Assembly (NCBI GenBank): GCA_964421125.1
Contig: CAYQVD010000005.1
Location: 867-64,866, forward strand
Length of the DNA: 64,000 nucleotides
Direction: 5' to 3'
Source of the DNA: an uncultured Bdellovibrionales bacterium
GTDB taxonomy: Bacteria > Patescibacteriota > Minisyncoccia > Moranbacterales > DUUL01
Within the stretch, counting starts at the first letter, position 1, and every line of letters starts with the position of its first letter. A program made the position numbers and the translations under genes. Under the pieces are notes generated by a model. That model did no database searches. It saw nothing but the letters and a program-made list of their open reading frames with translations, and was not told the DNA's origin. Of this stretch, positions 47,742-56,776 are shown piece by piece.

Positions 47742-50276
47742 CTATTTATCATCCTTCAATTCTTCATTTCCTGAATTTTTTAAATCATCAAGACTTTTTG
47801 CACCTCCAAAAGAATTATATCTTTCAAGAATTTCCTGTTCAACAACCTCTTTGCTTCGTCCATACTTATATCTAGAAAGTTCTTTATAAGCCTCTCTTAA
47901 TTCCGCACTACCTTCTGTCGGCTTATAGGTCTTCATATCAAAAGCATTGGATGATTCATTATTAATCAAGAGCTTTGAGAAGCATTGATAGTTATCAACA
48001 TTGATTAGGTCATTCGCATCAAAAACTGGTGCGAATTGTTTTTCTAGAAAATCTGCATCCTCCGGACCAACTCGGAAAGAACAAATTGAACCAACATTTC
48101 CAAAAACCGCCTTAGAAATATCTTCAGAAAGTTGTCCAATAAATTGATGAGCAACTGTCAGACAAAGACGATATTTTCTTGCTTCAGAAAGAATCTGAGA
48201 AATTGAATCAGTAGTAAAATTTTGAAACTCATCAATATAAAGATAGAAATCTTTTCGCTTATCTTCATCCATATCTCCCCGAGAAAGAGCTGCCATCAAA
48301 AGCTTTCCAACAATAATCATTCCAAGTAAATGACTATTAATTTCTCCAAGCTTACCTTTTGAAAGATTCACAAGAAGAATTTTTCCATCATCCATTAATT
48401 CCCTAAAATCAATTGTACTTTTCTGTTGAGAAATAATCGGCCTCATCATGTCATTAGAAATGAAAGTAGCAAGTTTTGAATTAATGTATGGAGCAATATT
48501 TTCAAGCGCAGCATCCCCTCCGGCGTTCTCTGCTTCCTTTTCCCAAAATTCAACTACGGTAAAGTCTTTGCATCTTTTTAATTTCTCTTTCCGAAATTCA
48601 GGATCACGGAAGATTCTTGGAATTTCCAGAAGAGTCGATCCAATCTCAGGGCTATCAAGCACTAACAAAAGAGCGTTTCTCATGTACTGCTCAAACATTG
48701 GACCACCGGTTTGCTTAAGATCATAAAGCTTATCAAAAATCGCAATCAATTCATTGATTACAAAAGTTTTTTGTTCTGGACGACTTTCGTCATATTCAAT
48801 CAAATTAAAGCCAAAAGGTCTTTCTATATCAGAAGGATTAAAATAGATAATATCTTCAGCTCTCTCTTTCGGAATGCATTCCAGGACATGATCAATAAGA
48901 TCACCATGGGGATCAATGATGCACATTCCTTCTTTTTGGGCATCTTGTTTTGCCATTTCCTCAATGAAAGTTGATTTACCAGTTCCAGTTTGTCCAACCA
49001 TATAGAGATGTCTTCTTCGATCATTCTTTCCTATTTTTATTTCCGTTTCAGTTCCACGATAATCACTATAGCCAATTAATAATCCTTCTTTAGGAACACT
49101 GGCTGGCGGAGGAGCAGTTTTTGATTTAAGTAAATTAATCTTTGGTGTCTCAGTTGTCGAAATTGGAAAATGGAAGATACTAGCAATCTCCTCAATACCA
49201 AGATTAATACTTTTTGATAAATTAAAGTTTCTTAAAATATAGTGATAAGCAAGCTTATGAGCATTTCCAGATTTATCCCTAACTGCTATAAATTTATTCA
49301 AATTTGAATCTTCAAACTGAACAAAACAATTCTCAATTTGAGCCAAGATCATCTCTGCTCGCTCCTGTGTTTCAGCAGAAGCTAGAAGTCGAATGTTGAC
49401 ATCAAATTGTGCTTTATTAGCCTTAGCTTCTATTTGTTTAATTACTTCATTTTCCTCTGGAGTAAGATTCACAACCTCATCATCGTCTTTTTTAAATCCC
49501 TCATCTTCTTTTTTCGATAAAGTATTCAACATCTCTTTTCCAATGCCTTTTGCAATGTCCCCTGCAACGCTTGTGTCGGCATTATCAAGTCTTTTCCCTT
49601 GTTGCATTTTTTGCGAAATTTTCTCACCCTTAATTTTCCCCTTCTTATCTCCCTTCCTTAAGACTAATTGAATTGCCGCTCCTTCACTTTCGTTCTCAAG
49701 TTTTGAAAGTGCATTAGCAATACTATGCAAAGGATCAGTTTCGAGTTGCTGATAAGTTCTTACTGGATAAGCACTTTTCTTTTTAAGATTCAAGAAACTC
49801 CCTGCCGTACATGCCCCTGGACTAAAAATTGTGTAATCCTTCACTTGCTCAATATGGGCATCGGGATAAAAACTATGAATTTGTTTTTCAACCAATTCTC
49901 GAATTATTGATGGCATTGAAATATAGAAAGAAATTTGCTCCCCATTTGAAGGAACTGCCATCTCGAAAGTTATTTGTGGTGAACCATAAAGAGTCCGGGC
50001 AATAAAATTACGTCTATTATGAATATCCGAAAGTGTCGTCAATAAATGTTCCATTATTGCAATCTCTTCTTTTTCTAATTGACTCTTCTGTTCCTTGTCT
50101 TGAACCCCATCAGCCTTATGAGACTTAATGACTCGAATAATATCCAAAGACGCATTCAAGGAGTTTGTGAGTTGAATTCTAAAAAGTAATAGCACCTCCA
50201 CCAAAATCCACACTCCACTAAAGAGCATGATAATTCCGCTAATAAAAAATAGTACTAAAAGTATAATCTCTAACAT
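47742..50276 (-). CDS. VirD4/TraD/HerA-like membrane-anchored ATPase (type IV coupling protein-like)
   Basis: RRHLY, GQTGTGKS Walker A, IDPHGD, LYIDEFQNF Walker B and SEARKY; N-terminal TM. Confidence 0.88.
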   Translation of the reverse strand: MLEIILLVLFFISGIIMLFSGVWILVEVLLLFRIQLTNSLNASLDIIRVIKSHKADGVQDKEQKSQLEKEEIAIMEHLLTTLSDIHNRRNFIARTLYGSPQITFEMAVPSNGEQISFYISMPSIIRELVEKQIHSFYPDAHIEQVKDYTIFSPGACTAGSFLNLKKKSAYPVRTYQQLETDPLHSIANALSKLENESEGAAIQLVLRKGDKKGKIKGEKISQKMQQGKRLDNADTSVAGDIAKGIGKEMLNTLSKKEDEGFKKDDDEVVNLTPEENEVIKQIEAKANKAQFDVNIRLLASAETQERAEMILAQIENCFVQFEDSNLNKFIAVRDKSGNAHKLAYHYILRNFNLSKSINLGIEEIASIFHFPISTTETPKINLLKSKTAPPPASVPKEGLLIGYSDYRGTETEIKIGKNDRRRHLYMVGQTGTGKSTFIEEMAKQDAQKEGMCIIDPHGDLIDHVLECIPKERAEDIIYFNPSDIERPFGFNLIEYDESRPEQKTFVINELIAIFDKLYDLKQTGGPMFEQYMRNALLLVLDSPEIGSTLLEIPRIFRDPEFRKEKLKRCKDFTVVEFWEKEAENAGGDAALENIAPYINSKLATFISNDMMRPIISQQKSTIDFRELMDDGKILLVNLSKGKLGEINSHLLGMIIVGKLLMAALSRGDMDEDKRKDFYLYIDEFQNFTTDSISQILSEARKYRLCLTVAHQFIGQLSEDISKAVFGNVGSICSFRVGPEDADFLEKQFAPVFDANDLINVDNYQCFSKLLINNESSNAFDMKTYKPTEGSAELREAYKELSRYKYGRSKEVVEQEILERYNSFGGAKSLDDLKNSGNEELKDDK

Positions 50277-50310
50277 TTTTATTTATTTTTATTTTCTATT
50301 ACTATTAAAC

Positions 50311-50434
50311 TAGAAATTAAATGTTTGAGTGCAGTTCGAGGCAAAAATGAGCATTTGAGTAAAGCTGTATCAAATATACAGCGAACGAAAAGCGCAGTTT
50401 TTAACAAAGAAATGTGCCAAACATAAAATTTCTA
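50311..50434. repeat. 124-nt nested-hairpin element
   Basis: TAGAAATT..ATGTTTG / CAAACAT..AATTTCTA outer stem; inner GCTGTAT…ATACAGC. Confidence 0.6.
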
Positions 50435-50896
50435 CTAAAATTCCTTTAGTAATCCTTTTTCAATCAATGCTTTTCGGGTTTCATCTTCAACTAACTTATC
50501 ATGCACTTGATCAAGAACATAATTCTCATCCAAATGTCTCGCAACCTTAATTGCAGTATAAGGATCTTTTTGAATAGCTAATTTTACAAGCTTATCTATT
50601 TGCTGTTCAATGTCTTTTGTCTCAGCAATATCCTTTGCATGATTTTTAATTTCTCTATAATCATCGTCAGAAGAATCATCATCGTCGTCATTTCCTGATC
50701 CGCCTTTCTGTTGAATAGCTTCCATGACCTCCTTTTTCTTTTCTTGATCATTTTCTGATGAAGAAATCTTCTCTAGGCTATCTTCTTTTTTTAAACCTTC
50801 TTTATCTTTGTCCACTCCTAATTCAGAAACAGACTCAATGCCTCCCAATTCACTCCCTTCCAGTTTTTTCTCAATTGTCTTATCTTGATCTGCCAT
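50435..50896 (-). CDS. Acidic hypothetical protein
   Basis: Low-complexity N-terminus; helical C-terminal domain (AIKVARHLDENYVLDQVHD). Confidence 0.75.
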   Translation of the reverse strand: MADQDKTIEKKLEGSELGGIESVSELGVDKDKEGLKKEDSLEKISSSENDQEKKKEVMEAIQQKGGSGNDDDDDSSDDDYREIKNHAKDIAETKDIEQQIDKLVKLAIQKDPYTAIKVARHLDENYVLDQVHDKLVEDETRKALIEKGLLKEF

Positions 50897-50897
50897 A

Positions 50898-51239
50898 TTA
50901 TTTTTTTTCTAAGTTATTATTTTCATCCTCCTCATCTTCCTCATCTAACTGAGTTAATTCCTCCGCCTGCTCAAGCATAATTTTATCAAGCTCATCACCA
51001 GACTCTTTTTCAAGTTGATCTATCTCTTTAAATCCTTTTTCAATATCTTTCACTGATTCATTAAATTCAGATTCAACCTCCTCTGCTTTTCCCAATAACT
51101 CAGATCCAGTTTCTTTTATTTCACTATTTATTTTTTTTACTTTTTCAGTTAAAATCTCAATTTGTTCATCTATTTCATTCTCATTGATATTTTCATCAAT
51201 TTCTTTTTCTTCGTTATTGTCATTTGAATTTTGATTCAT
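50898..51239 (-). CDS. Acidic coiled-coil hypothetical protein
   Basis: Operon-coupled; very Glu/Asp-rich. Confidence 0.7.
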   Translation of the reverse strand: MNQNSNDNNEEKEIDENINENEIDEQIEILTEKVKKINSEIKETGSELLGKAEEVESEFNESVKDIEKGFKEIDQLEKESGDELDKIMLEQAEELTQLDEEDEEDENNNLEKK

Positions 51240-51258
51240 ATATTTTTAAGTTTATTAA

Positions 51259-54200
51259 TTATCTCTTCCAAGATTTCAATTTTCCTCTGAAATCTAATCC
51301 TTTTTTCTTATAATAATCCTCAAGATTTTTCATAAAAGACTTTCTGGTCATACCTGTATCACTTTTCAACTTAGTTATCTTTAAAAATTCCCTTGAGTTA
51401 ACAATAAATTCCCGTCCTATATCTTTGCCCTCGCTAGAATCTTTGGCAATTTTTTTATTAATCGTCTCTATGAACTGAGATACTGAAGCTGTATCTTTTC
51501 TTTCGGCTGAATTTTCAACTGAATTAGCTTCAGGACTCACATGACTTTGCATATTCTCCCTAGTCTTAAAATCACTCTTTCGTTCTTTTCTTCCAGTATC
51601 AACCCTCAAAGGACGATCCTCCTTGATGCTAATAAATTCATCCCTCTTATCTCGATAAGGATTTGCCTTTTTATTGACTCTTTTGATTTCCTTATCTACC
51701 TCCTTTAGTTTTTTATCAATCACTAATTGATTCTTTTCCATTTCCTTGAGACTATCTTTTATCATTTTATCTATACCTTTTATTGAACTCTCTTTTCTTA
51801 TTTTTCTATCAGAATCACCTGTAAGCCTCATAGCTTCTATGATGCTCTTTTTTGTTAACTCCAATTCTTCAATTTCCTTCTTTTTTTCATCATGCTTAGA
51901 CTTCAAGTCTTTCTCAATTGATTCAATTTCTTCTCTGCGTGACTTTAGTCCAGCCAACTCGTTCTCAATTGGATTGAGCTTTATTTCATAGCCATTAATT
52001 AATTTATCAGCAACTGCATCTCTTCTGTTAGAATGTTTAGCAATTATATTATCCCGATATTCAATTTTAGTTTGAATTTTATTTTTTTCATTATCCAACT
52101 TAGCATTCCTCTTGTCATAATCTTTTATTTTCAACATTAAAGATTCTCCGCCAGGAGCCCCTAATTGTTTTAATTTTTCAATAGTCCTTTTCATTTCTTC
52201 CTTAACTTTTTCATTAACAGCTTTCTTTCTATCAAAATTATCAGATTCTTTCTTAAGTTTGGCAAGTTCTTTTTCATTGTCTCTCATCCAAACCTGATTC
52301 CAACCAGCTCGAAATTTGCCAACAATCCTTCCTGCATCAGGAAATTTGCTTTTAACAAAATCCCAAGAATCACCAACGAGATCCTTAGCCTTGTCAGACA
52401 TCCTTTCCCAAATTCCTCTATTCTCCATACTTAACATTTCAAAACTCAATTTTGGCTCTTCTTTTTCTAGTTCAGAATAATCAATAAGAACCTCTGAACT
52501 AGATTCCCCTTCCTCTATTTTATTTTCCCCTTTTTCTTCTTCTAAGTCTGATAATTCAACTAGATCATCAATTCCCTCTTGATTTAAATTTTGTGAATCA
52601 ACAGTGTCATTGTTCTCATTTTCTATTTTTTCTACATCTGATATTAAATCTTCGCCTCTGTTCGGATCGTCCATTTTTAATTGATTCTTTTTTCGATTTT
52701 TTTCAAATTCATCATCTTTTAAGTTGCCCACTGCAACTCCACCCATATCTCTTCCTTGATTTTGGATTTGAGATTGACTTACTTTATCAGTAGCATTATC
52801 ATTATCATCTTCCTCAATTCCATCTTCATCTTGATCATTAAACATCTTTTGATGTCGTTTTTCCACATCCTCAAAACTATTAATATTAATTTTTTCCATT
52901 ATATTTTTTAAAGTATTATTATTTGAATTAAATTTAAAATTTTTAATTGTTTTTTCAAATTTTGAAAGAGATATTGATTCTTTCGTGACCTCAGGATTTT
53001 TGAACTTAATAATTTTATCTCCTCTTTCTTCTTGAGTTCGAGTTACCTCAACAATAACATGCCCTTCTCCTTCAGAAAGATAATCAATAACTTTTATTTT
53101 TTTGTTACTTTTTTTATCAACAAAAACAAGTTCTTTTTCGTCATCTACAAATTTATACCATTCAAAAAATTCTTTTATATTTTCAGGCATCTTAAAAAAC
53201 TTTTTTTCATCTTCAATTTCAAGTGCTGGTTCATATAGTTTTTCAAAATCACGAAACGACACTCTTCTGCCACTATTTTTTTTGCCATTCTTTTTTTCAA
53301 GAAAAACAGCTCCTTCACCTAAATCAAAATATTTAACCAATTCCATAACAATTTTTGATCCTTTCTTAACAAATCTATCACCATAATTATATTTTTCTTC
53401 AAATTCTTCTTGATCAGGCACATTAAGACCTTCTTGTTCTTTTTTCTTTCCATCTTGCACTTTTTCTTCTTGCTTATCTTCTTTTTTCTTAGAAGAAAAC
53501 CTCACTTCTTTCCCTGAATTTACTTTCACAAAACCATCATATTGATAATTTTTCATAAGGTCCTCAAATTCTGAATAATCCAACCACTTATACTTCAATT
53601 CATCAAATTTAACTTTTCCTAAATTATGTTGTTTATTGCCGTCATCTCCCATTTTCAAATCAAAACCTGGAGAAGTTGCAATTCTCACCCGACCATTTTT
53701 TTCATTATACTTCTCAATCAATACCACTTCTCCATTTTGATGAGACAAAAATTCTGGTTTTCGATTCTTGAATATTTTATATTTTTCACTGAATTCCTTG
53801 AAAGTTGGCCATTTCGTATTATTTTCTTTTTCAGTTTTATTTTTAATAATTTCCTCTCCTGGATTTTTGTTAACATTTTTTTCTTTTATGCCAAAATAAG
53901 AAGAAGATATTTTTATTTCATTTTTACTTTTAATTAGAATTTCTCTGAGAACTTTAGGAATTGTTTCTTGCTTATCAATCAATTTCCAAAGTTCTTCTTG
54001 GTATTTTGTTTCACTCCAATCTTCTTGAGTGGCTATTGCATTCCCAAGTTTTTCAGATTCTCTTTTAATAACTTCTTCGGCTTTTTTATATCTTTTAGAA
54101 TATTCTTTAAGAATCTCCTTATTAAAAACAAGATTAGCAATATCATCTGGGCTTAAAGCAAACTCTTCTTTATCTTCTAATTTTTGCTCATCTTGTTTTA

Positions 54201-54327
54201 ATGTTTTTTTCTGTTCTTTTTTTTCACTGCCATTTTTGCCATTTTCAACAACCTTTTCTATATCAGAAAGATTATTCCTTAAAACTTCACTTAAATTTCC
54301 TCTTTTTGGCTCTTTTTGTTCTCCCAT
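51259..54327 (-). CDS. Large charged hypothetical protein with three degenerate internal repeats and a C-terminal coiled coil
   Basis: 1022-aa open frame, K/E-rich. Confidence 0.8.
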   Translation of the reverse strand: MGEQKEPKRGNLSEVLRNNLSDIEKVVENGKNGSEKKEQKKTLKQDEQKLEDKEEFALSPDDIANLVFNKEILKEYSKRYKKAEEVIKRESEKLGNAIATQEDWSETKYQEELWKLIDKQETIPKVLREILIKSKNEIKISSSYFGIKEKNVNKNPGEEIIKNKTEKENNTKWPTFKEFSEKYKIFKNRKPEFLSHQNGEVVLIEKYNEKNGRVRIATSPGFDLKMGDDGNKQHNLGKVKFDELKYKWLDYSEFEDLMKNYQYDGFVKVNSGKEVRFSSKKKEDKQEEKVQDGKKKEQEGLNVPDQEEFEEKYNYGDRFVKKGSKIVMELVKYFDLGEGAVFLEKKNGKKNSGRRVSFRDFEKLYEPALEIEDEKKFFKMPENIKEFFEWYKFVDDEKELVFVDKKSNKKIKVIDYLSEGEGHVIVEVTRTQEERGDKIIKFKNPEVTKESISLSKFEKTIKNFKFNSNNNTLKNIMEKININSFEDVEKRHQKMFNDQDEDGIEEDDNDNATDKVSQSQIQNQGRDMGGVAVGNLKDDEFEKNRKKNQLKMDDPNRGEDLISDVEKIENENNDTVDSQNLNQEGIDDLVELSDLEEEKGENKIEEGESSSEVLIDYSELEKEEPKLSFEMLSMENRGIWERMSDKAKDLVGDSWDFVKSKFPDAGRIVGKFRAGWNQVWMRDNEKELAKLKKESDNFDRKKAVNEKVKEEMKRTIEKLKQLGAPGGESLMLKIKDYDKRNAKLDNEKNKIQTKIEYRDNIIAKHSNRRDAVADKLINGYEIKLNPIENELAGLKSRREEIESIEKDLKSKHDEKKKEIEELELTKKSIIEAMRLTGDSDRKIRKESSIKGIDKMIKDSLKEMEKNQLVIDKKLKEVDKEIKRVNKKANPYRDKRDEFISIKEDRPLRVDTGRKERKSDFKTRENMQSHVSPEANSVENSAERKDTASVSQFIETINKKIAKDSSEGKDIGREFIVNSREFLKITKLKSDTGMTRKSFMKNLEDYYKKKGLDFRGKLKSWKR

Positions 54328-54580
54328 TTTATTTTCTTTTAAAAAAGTTTTTGTATTTTAATATTATACCACATCTTCATTTTACCAACAAATTTTTGTT
54401 TTACATAAATCAATAAAAATATTATAATAATAACACTATGAAGATTGAGAAATGATTATTTTTGAACATGGGAAAACTCACCTACAAAAATACAAAAGAT
54501 TGAAGTTTTACTTAGTGAAAAAATAATTATTTCTTAATCTCGAAAATACCAGAAAGGTAAAATAATATATAAAACAAAAA

Positions 54581-56224
54581 ATGAAAAAGGTAATCAATTT
54601 TATAAAAGAAGAATGGATTTTTATTATTATTCTCTTGGCAGTTTTTACTGCGGGTGGACTCCTACGATTTTGGCAATTAGACACGATTCCTCCAGGATTA
54701 CAATATGATGAAGCCTATAATGGCACCGATGCCATCAAAGCCCTAGAAAATGGAAAGTTTGAAATATTTTATCCTGATAATAATGGACGGGAAGGACTCT
54801 ACATCAATGTTATTGCTGTATTTTTCAATACTTTTGGTATTAATATGGTAGTCCTTCGAGCTGTTAGTGCTGTATTTGGACTCTTTGCTCTTTTTGGATT
54901 TGCACTGCTCGTTAAAGAACTAAAACTTTCACGCCTTTCAATGCTCCTAGGAATTTTCATGATGTCTTTCTCATTTTGGGCAATTAATTTTTCAAGAACT
55001 GCTTATCGAGGAATTATGGTTCCATTCTTGATTGTTTGGATATTTTATTTTTTCTATCTTGGCCTTCGGAGAAAAAATGGCTGGTTCATTGCTCTCTCTG
55101 GTCTTCTAACCGGAATTGGATTTCATACCTATATCTCATTTCGAGTTGTGCCATTGATTTTTTTTATTGTAGTTTTAGGAGGAATTATTTTTGAAAAAGG
55201 ATACATTAAAACCTACTGGAAAAAAGCTTTGATTTTCATCTTCGCTACAGTTATCACTCTTGCGCCAATTTTAATCTATTTCTATCAGCATCAAAGTGAT
55301 CTCATTGGTCGAAGCAATGCTGTTTCAGTTTTCAATTCTCCCGACATGAGCCTTCCAACAGCTCTTGGTAAAAGCCTTGCTTATCACGTTGGAGCATTTT
55401 TTATCCACGGAGACCCAAATCAAAGACATAACCACGGTGCACTTCCCTTACTTCCTGCCACTTGGTCAATTCTCTTTGGACTAGGATTAGTAATCAGTAT
55501 TAAAGAAATAATCGTAAATATTATCCAGCGAATAAAGAAAAAGAAGAAGTATAAACCAAGCCGACTACTTCAAGTTTCAATTTTCGCTCAAGCCTGTTTT
55601 TGGACAATGCTAATACCAGGAGTTTTGAGTATCGAAGGAATTCCACACGCTCTTCGAATTATTGGTGCAATTCCAGCCGTCTTCCTGATCGCTGTTTTGC
55701 CATTTGAATATGCAATAAATCTATATGAAAAAATCAGGAAATCAAAAAATTTGAAATTAAAACCTTGGCGATGGAATGTTTTACGAGGATCTTTGATTGG
55801 ATTAGTTATTTTAGTTTTAATAAGCGGAGGATTACAAGCCTATTTATATTTCGGAGTTTGGGCAAAAGATAATAAAACATTTGATTCCTTTGAAAGGAAA
55901 CTTTATGACCTAGGACTCGCAATTAAACAACAAGAACCAAAGGAAAATAACTTCATTATTGTTCCAGACCCAATCTATATTAGTGAGAACAAAAGAGATT
56001 CAAGTTATAAAACATCGGAACTTGTCGCCTATCCAGAATACAAGAGTTTTTTCTTTTGGCACCCGCTAGATGCGATCAGACATTCAACTTGTGAAAACGC
56101 TCTCTATGTTTTTGCTGAATCAGATGAATGGCTAATTGAAAGTTTCAAGATAAAATGTCCTGAACTTGAAGCACAGAAAGTAAAACCAGAAGGCGGTATT
56201 TATAATTTTTGGATACTTAGATAA
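54581..56224 (+). CDS. GT-C glycosyltransferase (ArnT/PMT, GT39/83-like)
   Basis: LRFWQL…PPGLQYDEA motif and multiple TMs. Confidence 0.85.
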   Translation: MKKVINFIKEEWIFIIILLAVFTAGGLLRFWQLDTIPPGLQYDEAYNGTDAIKALENGKFEIFYPDNNGREGLYINVIAVFFNTFGINMVVLRAVSAVFGLFALFGFALLVKELKLSRLSMLLGIFMMSFSFWAINFSRTAYRGIMVPFLIVWIFYFFYLGLRRKNGWFIALSGLLTGIGFHTYISFRVVPLIFFIVVLGGIIFEKGYIKTYWKKALIFIFATVITLAPILIYFYQHQSDLIGRSNAVSVFNSPDMSLPTALGKSLAYHVGAFFIHGDPNQRHNHGALPLLPATWSILFGLGLVISIKEIIVNIIQRIKKKKKYKPSRLLQVSIFAQACFWTMLIPGVLSIEGIPHALRIIGAIPAVFLIAVLPFEYAINLYEKIRKSKNLKLKPWRWNVLRGSLIGLVILVLISGGLQAYLYFGVWAKDNKTFDSFERKLYDLGLAIKQQEPKENNFIIVPDPIYISENKRDSSYKTSELVAYPEYKSFFFWHPLDAIRHSTCENALYVFAESDEWLIESFKIKCPELEAQKVKPEGGIYNFWILR

Positions 56225-56237
56225 AATTGATTAAATA

Positions 56238-56270
56238 ACAAATTTAAAATTACAAATTCCAAATAAATTA
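56238..56270 (+). repeat. Left arm of the 33-bp inverted repeat enclosing the four-helix-bundle gene
   Basis: ACAAATTTAAAATTACAAATTCCAAATAAATTA; reverse complement of 56665-56697 with 1 mismatch. Confidence 0.85.
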
Positions 56271-56272
56271 CA

Positions 56273-56635
56273 ATGACTAAAAATCAAAATTCAAAACAAT
56301 ATGATTTGGAAGATAGAACCTTGGAGTACGGAAAAAGGATAATTAGAATGTCGAAGGAATTACCTAAAAATACAGTAAATTTTAAATTAATTGATCAAGT
56401 CGTTCGTTCTGGCACCTCAATGGGAGCAAACTATAGAGAGGCTAATGAAACAGAAACGAAAAAAGATTTTCGTTATCGCATAAGAATTTGTAGAAAAGAA
56501 GGCAAGGAGACTATTTATTGGTTAAATTTAATAATAGAAGCTAATCCTGAATTTGAAGACAGAATTAAAAATTTATTGCAAGAAACTACAGAGTTAGTAA
56601 AAATATTTGCTACAATTCTAGTAAAGTGCAAGTAG
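56273..56635 (+). CDS. Four-helix-bundle protein (23S rRNA IVP / bAvd-like family)
   Basis: DLEDRT, QVVRSGTSMGANYREA and KEGKETIYWL motifs. Confidence 0.92.
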   Translation: MTKNQNSKQYDLEDRTLEYGKRIIRMSKELPKNTVNFKLIDQVVRSGTSMGANYREANETETKKDFRYRIRICRKEGKETIYWLNLIIEANPEFEDRIKNLLQETTELVKIFATILVKCK

Positions 56636-56664
56636 GTGTTTTGAAAATTAGAATTTAATATTTT

Positions 56665-56697
56665 TAATTTATTTGGAATTTGTAATTTTGAATTTGT
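56665..56697 (-). repeat. Right arm of the 33-bp inverted repeat
   Basis: TAATTTATTTGGAATTTGTAATTTTGAATTTGT. Confidence 0.85.
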
Positions 56698-56717
56698 AAT
56701 TTTTTATTAAGTTATAT

Positions 56718-56753
56718 AAAAAGTGTTACTTAACTTGTTAAGTAACACTTTTT
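56718..56753. terminator. Bidirectional terminator
   Basis: AAAAAGTGTTACTTAAC-TT-GTTAAGTAACACTTTTT. Confidence 0.8.
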
Positions 56754-56776
56754 TGTTGAATCCAGGTGAAAAATCT

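Noticed and set aside
56273-56635. Diversity-generating retroelement
   Set aside because: The protein is Avd-related, but no reverse transcriptase or TR/VR pair was seen in the window.
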